Virus record (IMG/VR): IMGVR_UViG_3300032331_002637
Location: 1 to 64,000 of that record
Direction: 5' to 3' (one strand)
Source of the DNA: an uncultured virus (IMG/VR IMGVR_UViG_3300032331_002637)
Taxonomy: Duplodnaviria; Heunggongvirae; Uroviricota; Caudoviricetes
DNA: 64,000 nt
Of this stretch, positions 57,078-64,000 are shown in pieces. The position numbers and the translations under genes are program-made. Numbering within the stretch: position 1 is the first letter of the stretch; each line of letters begins with the position of its first letter. Below the pieces are notes generated by a model. That model saw only the letters and a list, made by a program, of their open reading frames with translations, searched no databases and was not told where the DNA came from.

Positions 57078-60000
57078 ATGTCAAACACAAAAAATTCATT
57101 CTCTTCTTTAATAGCTCAATTTTTAAGGCTTCAAAAGAATTCTTTAGAAATCATAAATAAATTGAATGATGTTGCGACATCATCTAAAGATTCTGTTCAA
57201 ATTGAATTTTTGATGGACGATAACACTTCAGAGAATATTCAAATACCTTCTTATGGATTTTTAAAATCTGAGATTAATAGAATTGATAAAAATGTATTAG
57301 CACTTTCTGGGTTAGAAGACACTACAGCAAATATTAGAAAATCTGATGGCACTGTTTCTAAAATATATCAGGCTAATATATTAAAGGATCCTTTATCACC
57401 AGGAAGTCTTCAAGTACCTGGTACATTTCAAGCTAGAAATAATTGGTTTTTTGAATCATTTTTAAATCCTCTTCTTTATGTTTCTATTGATGTAGAGAAT
57501 CAGATCCCAGTAAATTCTGAAAATGTTTACGTAAAAAGAATTATAGCTAACACTCAAACTGATGTGCAAAAAGCATATTTCGATGCTAATTTAAAAGGAA
57601 GAAATGATATTACTGATTCTGATTTTATTGATTCATTAAAAAGCCAGGGAATTCAATATTTTACTGATGAGCAAATAAATGAATTAGAATTAAGAACAAT
57701 AAGATATATTGGATCTTTTGGAGTACTTAGAATTTATGACGAAGAAACTCAGGTAACAGAAAATGGTATCACATCAACTAATACTGTTAGAAAATATAAG
57801 TTAACCACATTAAGATATACAGATACTTTAGCAACATCAACAGATTCTAGAACCCTAACAAAAGGTGACACTTTAATGACATCTGGAGGAACTAAATATG
57901 AAATAACATCAATTGATACCACTAATCAAACAGTATCTTTAAAAAGATTATTTGGATTTGAAGCAATAAAAATAGGGGATAATTCTCTTACTATTTATTC
58001 TAATGTTTTATCGGATAGAATGGTAGATGTTAATGTGGGATTTGATGAAAGACAAGCTATTTTTATTAAATCTATCGACGGTGATTTTAATGTTGCATCT
58101 AGTAAATATAGTCCTGGTGTTTGTTTCTTATCTAATGAATTACAAATAAACACATCTGATGGGGTTAAGACATTATCTGAATTCTATTCTTCACAAGTTT
58201 CGGATTTTAGTAAGATATTTATTTCTTCTGCTAAGGAGAATGTTATTCCTGCAGTTTACGGACAAACACCTTCTGCTCCTATAGTTTCCCCTGGAAACTT
58301 TAAGGTAGTTAAAGTGAATTCACAGATAACAGATTCTAAAGAAAATGTAGATTTTAAAGATAAAATTAAAATTAAAACCTCTTTAAAAAATGAAATAGGA
58401 TCAATAGATAGAGCAATATCACAGACAAGAAAACAGCTTTCTGAGCTAACTACAACTTCTAAAGGGAAAACACCTACTGCTGAATACAAGAAATTAAACG
58501 ATAAGATCACTTCATTAGGCAAAGATAAACAAATCAGAACAGATTTATTAGCTACTACAATTACCGAAGTTAATAATCTAACTATTGCAGCACCTGAATT
58601 AACGGAGGCTCCTAAATATAGAGTCAGAGGATTTTGGCCTATACCTGAGCCAATTATTGATTCTAAAACGGGAGAACAGAATATTGTTCAATTTAATGTG
58701 AGATACAGATACCTTTCATTAACAGGAAATTCTAATGGTACAACTCAGATTGATTATGTAGACAATAATGGGGTACAAAAGACTGGACAATTTACAAATT
58801 GGACACAGTTTACAAGCGATTTAAGAAAGAAAGTATATGATTCTAATACTGGAACATATGTTTGGCAAATTGAAGATGTTAGTGATGCTAATACGGTAAA
58901 TATAAATCAATTAGATATTGCTATAACCAAAGGAGAAAAGGTTGAAATACAAGTTCAATCTATATCTGAAGCTGGTTGGCCCACTAATCCTTTGACTTCT
59001 GATTGGTCAACTTCTGCTATAGTGGAATTCCCTGCTAATTTGGTTGTGTCAATAGACAACGGTGCTTTTATAGCACAAAATAGTATGGATCAGGCTGTAG
59101 TTAAAGTACAGGAGGATTTACAAGCTAAAGGATTAGACCAACATTTATCTACACAGTTTACATCTGGTGATAAATTTTATGCTCATAATTCATCTGCTAT
59201 TGCATCAGGATTCTTTGATGGAGCAGGAAAAGCATTAGATTTATTTCAGAAGTTAACTCAAATTGACAATGAATTACAATCATTAAGAGCATTAGTAGCT
59301 AAAGCAAAAGGCACTTTAGGTGTTTATATAAGAAGCGGTGGTACCTCTAATAAGATTAATCCTGGTAGTACAGTTAATTTATTTGCTGGATATTATGATC
59401 AATTAATAGATCTTTCAAATCCAGGTAATAAAGGTAAAATAGCAACTGTGATTTATTACCTAGAATTAAGAAACGAAGCTGCTACACCTTTAGAGCTTTC
59501 TTCTTTAATACCAGGAGGACAAGGTGTTAAAGCACCTATCACAATAAGCGGACAGAACGATTATAACAATAACAGAAAATACGGAGAAACGCCAATTCAA
59601 TTATCGGGTATTAACTCTGCTAATGTTGATGTTACTACACCAGGAGCATTTATACAAGCATCAGGATATCAAAGTGGTAATGCCTATTCACAATTTGTTT
59701 ACACTAGGTATAAGAGTGTGGGATTAGGCGAGAATCTTTATTTTATTCCACCTACGGGTTTAATATGGAGTAGTACTCAAGGTACTGCTGATGGCACATC
59801 ACAATTACCTATAAATAATGATGGTATACTTATGCCTTTTGAGCAACCAGGAGCTCCTGGAGGAGCTGGTGCTAATGCTAATATTTGGAGCGGAACTTAT
59901 ACTTCAGCTTTACCTGATGGAAATGGTAGTCTAAATGAATTTTGTGTACATATATCGCATCCTGATATAAATGATGGATCTTCCAATTCTTTTTCTAATT

Positions 60001-60575
60001 TAGAAAGACCATTAGTAACTGGATCTGGAACTATGGCTTATCCTGCATTCAGACATGCTTTAGGATTTGAGACTGACACTAATATAACATCTTCCTTATC
60101 GACAAGTTTACAAACACTTTCTACTCAACAATTAAAATACTATCCAGCTAATTCGGCATCAGCATTTGGTATTGACGATAATGCTTATCCTAATAAATTA
60201 GGATTTATAGATTCTGATGAGTTCTTATGTGGTAAGTACTCTTGTGGATCTTATTTATTTATAGCACCAACCTCACACACTGCAATACAAATAGAAGGAT
60301 CAACACAGTTAGCTAAAAAGACATTAGAGTTTGGACAAGAAAACGCAATAACAGTTCCTTTAATTTTTCAAATGAGAGCTCAAGATAAATTAGGATTTAT
60401 TGGAGGATGGAGAAATGCTGGTAACCTTAAAAATATCACATACAGTAAAAAAATAGGAATAGATATACAAGTAAGAAACGAGGATTTATTTTCTCTTGAC
60501 GTTCTTGTAACCGGAAGCTATACTAAAACTTCGTTAGTTTCTCCAGCTTATTCACAAAGTAATCAAACTATTTAA
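57078..60575 (+). CDS. Putative virion structural protein with coiled coils and FN3-like segment
   Basis: 1165 aa; KVEIQVQSISEAGWP...SDWS FN3-like end. Confidence 0.6.
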   Translation: MSNTKNSFSSLIAQFLRLQKNSLEIINKLNDVATSSKDSVQIEFLMDDNTSENIQIPSYGFLKSEINRIDKNVLALSGLEDTTANIRKSDGTVSKIYQANILKDPLSPGSLQVPGTFQARNNWFFESFLNPLLYVSIDVENQIPVNSENVYVKRIIANTQTDVQKAYFDANLKGRNDITDSDFIDSLKSQGIQYFTDEQINELELRTIRYIGSFGVLRIYDEETQVTENGITSTNTVRKYKLTTLRYTDTLATSTDSRTLTKGDTLMTSGGTKYEITSIDTTNQTVSLKRLFGFEAIKIGDNSLTIYSNVLSDRMVDVNVGFDERQAIFIKSIDGDFNVASSKYSPGVCFLSNELQINTSDGVKTLSEFYSSQVSDFSKIFISSAKENVIPAVYGQTPSAPIVSPGNFKVVKVNSQITDSKENVDFKDKIKIKTSLKNEIGSIDRAISQTRKQLSELTTTSKGKTPTAEYKKLNDKITSLGKDKQIRTDLLATTITEVNNLTIAAPELTEAPKYRVRGFWPIPEPIIDSKTGEQNIVQFNVRYRYLSLTGNSNGTTQIDYVDNNGVQKTGQFTNWTQFTSDLRKKVYDSNTGTYVWQIEDVSDANTVNINQLDIAITKGEKVEIQVQSISEAGWPTNPLTSDWSTSAIVEFPANLVVSIDNGAFIAQNSMDQAVVKVQEDLQAKGLDQHLSTQFTSGDKFYAHNSSAIASGFFDGAGKALDLFQKLTQIDNELQSLRALVAKAKGTLGVYIRSGGTSNKINPGSTVNLFAGYYDQLIDLSNPGNKGKIATVIYYLELRNEAATPLELSSLIPGGQGVKAPITISGQNDYNNNRKYGETPIQLSGINSANVDVTTPGAFIQASGYQSGNAYSQFVYTRYKSVGLGENLYFIPPTGLIWSSTQGTADGTSQLPINNDGILMPFEQPGAPGGAGANANIWSGTYTSALPDGNGSLNEFCVHISHPDINDGSSNSFSNLERPLVTGSGTMAYPAFRHALGFETDTNITSSLSTSLQTLSTQQLKYYPANSASAFGIDDNAYPNKLGFIDSDEFLCGKYSCGSYLFIAPTSHTAIQIEGSTQLAKKTLEFGQENAITVPLIFQMRAQDKLGFIGGWRNAGNLKNITYSKKIGIDIQVRNEDLFSLDVLVTGSYTKTSLVSPAYSQSNQTI

Positions 60576-60578
60576 TAA

Positions 60579-63500
60579 GTGGCTAGAAAAATAATAAAAC
60601 AGACCTCATCTTTTGGGGTACTTAGAGCAAATCCTAGAATATCTGGTAATGTTAAAATAACAGTGGATTCTAGTAAAGGGATCTGGCTTAATTCGATAGA
60701 TTCTAATTCGGAAATGTCTAATAGTGCTTATAAAGGATTTAGTATATCACCGGATTCATCATTTGATAAGGATTTATATAGATTTTTTGACGAGGGGAAG
60801 ACTCCACCGCAATTTGTTTTTGGACTTATTGGAGAAGAAGAACCTGTACAAAACCAAACGAATGACCTATCTAGCACATATAATTTCTTTTATAGCTCAG
60901 GTGTATCACCTTTAGCTTCTGATAGATATTCGGAAGATTTCACTTATCTTGCACCTTTATGGCTAGGTGAGGATATTCCTGATCATTTTGTTATATTCAA
61001 AGTGAATGATCCTATAGATTATTCTTATAAGATACCGGTTACATCTTTAGTAGTGGGAAAATTATATAAAGTATTACAGGACACAACAGTAGATGCTACT
61101 GCTCCTGGTTACTTACCTTATAAAATATCAAGTAATACTGTTACATATACGGACGGAAATGTTTTTACTGCTGCATCTACATTATTTAATGTTACACAAG
61201 GAAGCGGAACAGTGATATTATTAGATTCTTCTTATAATATAAGCTCCGTAGAGGACACAGAAAACCATTTCTATGATAAGATCTTACCTAAGGCTACAAT
61301 AGTGTCTACGTTCGATCTCACTGAAGATTCTGATATTGGTAAATATTTAAGAAAAATAAAAACAACTCCAGGATATACGGAGAATTTAATAGACGCAAGA
61401 TTTGAAGATAATCAATTAACTACATTTAATGGGGTTAATTATAACGTTGGTATATTTGATAAGAAAGGCGATTATCTTTTCGACTATTATGAAAATGCAG
61501 AAACACAAATAGGATTTGAAGATTTTATAACTAACGGATTTAGAAATAATGGAATTCTTAGTTATAAACTACTAAATATGGAATTCCTATTTAATGATAC
61601 AGACTCAGAAAATTACACCATAAATAGATATTTTGGACTTTATGTTAATGCTCCAGAGTTAGCTAAATTTAAACTTGATGGGGATTCACTATTTAAAAGT
61701 CTTGGATCTTCAGGAAATACACCAATACCAGATAGAAACGATAAGGGATATTATAACCAAGAAAATAGTTATTTCCAATACAACGACAATGGTGTTAGAA
61801 TTTATATAGATCCCAATTATATCACTGGTGTTCTTCCAAATTCTGATGATGTAAACATTTTAGAGCAAACCAAATTATTTTGGATAAAAGATAAGAATGG
61901 AAATTTTCATTCATTAAAGAGAGAAATAGATTATGGAATAACTTCTCCGGCTTCTTCTTATACAACTTATGGATTAGGTCCAACAGAGAATGAATTAGTT
62001 ATACAAGATGTTTCTTTAGATCTTAGTTTACTTACTGGTAAAGATGATTCAACAAAGAAACAATATAAAGCAGTAAGCACGGGGGAAAAAGGAAGAGGAT
62101 ATTCAGTAATAAGAATTGGCGGAACGTTAACAAACAACAATGAAAATTGTTTCTTATTTTATAATCCATTAGGAGCTTATGGAGTTCCTGGTTCTAAATA
62201 TGATATACTTAGAGCTTCTGATATGTCTTCGATTGTAGATGAATGGGGTCCTGGAAGTTTTTATTCTCAGGATAGCACATACTATTATCATGCAGGAGGA
62301 ACAAAAGAAGATATAGCAAAAGCATTATCCGGATTATTAAACAGTTTTAATTATAATTCATTTGAAGCATTTGAATCTGGTGATGAATTAGTAATAAGAA
62401 CTAAAGCAACAGGTACACAGGAAAATAATAAATATTATCTTGACTTCTTTTTAAATCTGTCAACTAATCAAAGAATGCCAGATTCACAAAGAGGTATCGT
62501 TTTTATAAACGAGAAAGATGCCTGTGATATAAACCAAAAGCAATCTTTTGTTGGAGGATCTAATTATTCTAATACTAGAATAAAAGTTAAAATAGAAGAT
62601 GCAAATAAAATAGAAGTTGGTAAAACTTTTATTGACACAGTAAAAAATACATCAACCGATTCTTTTAGCGGATTATCAACATATTCTAATAAGTCTTCAT
62701 CTGTAGTTATAGGTAAGTATAGGTTCATTGATCAATATTCTAAAGATGAAAAGGGTGAGATTATAGGAATTAAAGACTTTGAAACTCATGCAACTTTAGA
62801 GATTAAGAATTTCACAGAAACTGTAGCCATTGGCTCATCTGGAGATATCTCTGCATTTAATACATACGATATACCTTTAGGAGTATTCTCATTCTACGGT
62901 CTAAGAGAGATTGATATGGATTTTTGGTCAAGTCAATATGGCTATACACCCACTGAGGAATATTATAAATACTTAGATGTTCAGCCTTCTGGAGTTACTA
63001 AAATAATTCCAGGTAAAACATATTTTGTATCTAATGGAGCAGAAATAACATACGGGGCTTCATCTATAAATGGTCCTGATTTCTTTGAAGGTATTGCAGG
63101 AGATGAAGAATATACTTTAGTTACTTCTTCTACAGGAGCAGAGTCTAATGTTTTTCCCACATTATCATCAAGAGGTCTTATAACATCGGGAATAACAGGA
63201 AGTAATTTTGATTATACTTTCTATCCCGATTTAGATGCTTTCCCTGGATTTTATGGGATACAATCTCTACAATTTATTAATAATACTAATGGTATTGATA
63301 CTAAATATGATGTATTAAATTTTGGTAAATTAGACTCTGAATATGATTACACTCAAGATAATTATAATCCTGAATTTGCTTTAAAAAGTAGGGTAAGTCC
63401 TTATATAACAAAATGGGTTTATAACGGAGGAACAGATATTAGAGGAAATGGATACAGACTAAATTCAAATATTGCTTTTAGTCCTCTAAATTTCTCACCA

Positions 63501-64000
63501 AGCTTTTTTAAAAGATCGCAAGATCCACAATACTTTACCCACGAATGGTATCATCTACAGAAACCCCCTTATTCTATACCAGAATCAAATCTTCATATTG
63601 ATAAAAATTATTTAGCAGAAGAAATAGATGAGACTTTATTGACTGATACCAATCCTGCTTTAAGAGATTATTTCTTAGATTATTTCTCAATTGAAGGTGA
63701 GGATCTTAATCCTTATTACCCTACAAGTTCAACAATTGATAAAATAGATTTAACGGAAAGATTCTCACTGTTCAATTTCAATTCAGGAAATGGATTTTCT
63801 GAAACATTATATAGAGGAGCTAAGGTAAGGATCAAGAGAACATTTACTGATTATGCACAGGGTGAATCTATAAAATATGTAGATGATGATACATTTTATG
63901 ATGATTACAAATTCTCTTGTGTAATAGTTCCTATAAAAAATATAAGTGACGAGATACAGACACCGGTAAAAGTTAAAATTATTGAAAATAGAACTTTTAA
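60579..64000 (+). CDS. Very large putative virion protein, open at window end; not in ORF track
   Basis: GTG at 60579 reads MARKIIKQTSSFGVLRANPRISGNVKITVDS...; the same frame reads TPVKVKIIENRTF at the window end (ends checked, >1140 codons). Confidence 0.85.
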   Translation, partial: MARKIIKQTSSFGVLRANPRISGNVKITVDSSKGIWLNSIDSNSEMSNSAYKGFSISPDSSFDKDLYRFFDEGKTPPQFVFGLIGEEEPVQNQTNDLSSTYNFFYSSGVSPLASDRYSEDFTYLAPLWLGEDIPDHFVIFKVNDPIDYSYKIPVTSLVVGKLYKVLQDTTVDATAPGYLPYKISSNTVTYTDGNVFTAASTLFNVTQGSGTVILLDSSYNISSVEDTENHFYDKILPKATIVSTFDLTEDSDIGKYLRKIKTTPGYTENLIDARFEDNQLTTFNGVNYNVGIFDKKGDYLFDYYENAETQIGFEDFITNGFRNNGILSYKLLNMEFLFNDTDSENYTINRYFGLYVNAPELAKFKLDGDSLFKSLGSSGNTPIPDRNDKGYYNQENSYFQYNDNGVRIYIDPNYITGVLPNSDDVNILEQTKLFWIKDKNGNFHSLKREIDYGITSPASSYTTYGLGPTENELVIQDVSLDLSLLTGKDDSTKKQYKAVSTGEKGRGYSVIRIGGTLTNNNENCFLFYNPLGAYGVPGSKYDILRASDMSSIVDEWGPGSFYSQDSTYYYHAGGTKEDIAKALSGLLNSFNYNSFEAFESGDELVIRTKATGTQENNKYYLDFFLNLSTNQRMPDSQRGIVFINEKDACDINQKQSFVGGSNYSNTRIKVKIEDANKIEVGKTFIDTVKNTSTDSFSGLSTYSNKSSSVVIGKYRFIDQYSKDEKGEIIGIKDFETHATLEIKNFTETVAIGSSGDISAFNTYDIPLGVFSFYGLREIDMDFWSSQYGYTPTEEYYKYLDVQPSGVTKIIPGKTYFVSNGAEITYGASSINGPDFFEGIAGDEEYTLVTSSTGAESNVFPTLSSRGLITSGITGSNFDYTFYPDLDAFPGFYGIQSLQFINNTNGIDTKYDVLNFGKLDSEYDYTQDNYNPEFALKSRVSPYITKWVYNGGTDIRGNGYRLNSNIAFSPLNFSPSFFKRSQDPQYFTHEWYHLQKPPYSIPESNLHIDKNYLAEEIDETLLTDTNPALRDYFLDYFSIEGEDLNPYYPTSSTIDKIDLTERFSLFNFNSGNGFSETLYRGAKVRIKRTFTDYAQGESIKYVDDDTFYDDYKFSCVIVPIKNISDEIQTPVKVKIIENRTF

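Noticed and set aside
1..64000. Stop-codon reassignment as in Lak or some crAss-like phages
   Set aside because: Long ORFs are intact in code 11; TAG (e.g. 8212, 11444, 26829, 43992) and TGA (1825, 41154) end genes at sensible boundaries
1..64000. Eukaryotic giant virus (NCLDV) origin suggested by AT richness and glycan genes
   Set aside because: Operon-style overlaps, a rho-independent terminator, baseplate genes and a bS1 homolog indicate a bacteriophage

Overview
AT-rich, densely coding window best read as part of a huge/jumbo myovirus-type phage genome (standard code 11). The host is probably Bacteroidota, inferred from the absence of Shine-Dalgarno motifs, a Bacteroidota-like bS1 homolog and Bacteroidota-type propeller domains. 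Layout: (i) 1-3.1 kb, small proteins, several starting with a T4 capsid-targeting-like N-terminal motif, including a very acidic ORF missing from the track. (ii) 3.2-23.1 kb, a 23-gene glycan island with ~10 glycosyltransferase-like genes (GT7-, GT10-, GT11-, GT25-, GT2-, GT29- and GT42/Maf-like), a Kdo pathway (KdsD, KdsA, KdsC, plus a NeuA-type CMP-transferase fused to a cupin), Gmd/ColD/Fcl (GDP-fucose or colitose), UGD, GmhA-like, TagD-like, an aminotransferase and three methyltransferases. (iii) 23-25 kb, hypotheticals and a NUDIX hydrolase. (iv) 25-50.8 kb, a baseplate/neck module (tube-like, gp53/LysM, hub, gp5-OB spike, gp13, gp25, gp6, a giant gp7-like propeller protein) interrupted by an independently transcribed ribosomal protein S1 homolog and an amidoligase-like gene. 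(v) 50.8-53.9 kb, minus-strand PCD, a 690-aa candidate head-packaged ADP-ribosyltransferase and PhoH. (vi) 54-64 kb, large putative virion proteins, the last running off the window. Two recurring phage promoter-like motifs were read from intergenic DNA. All family calls are motif recognition by eye; no database searches were run.
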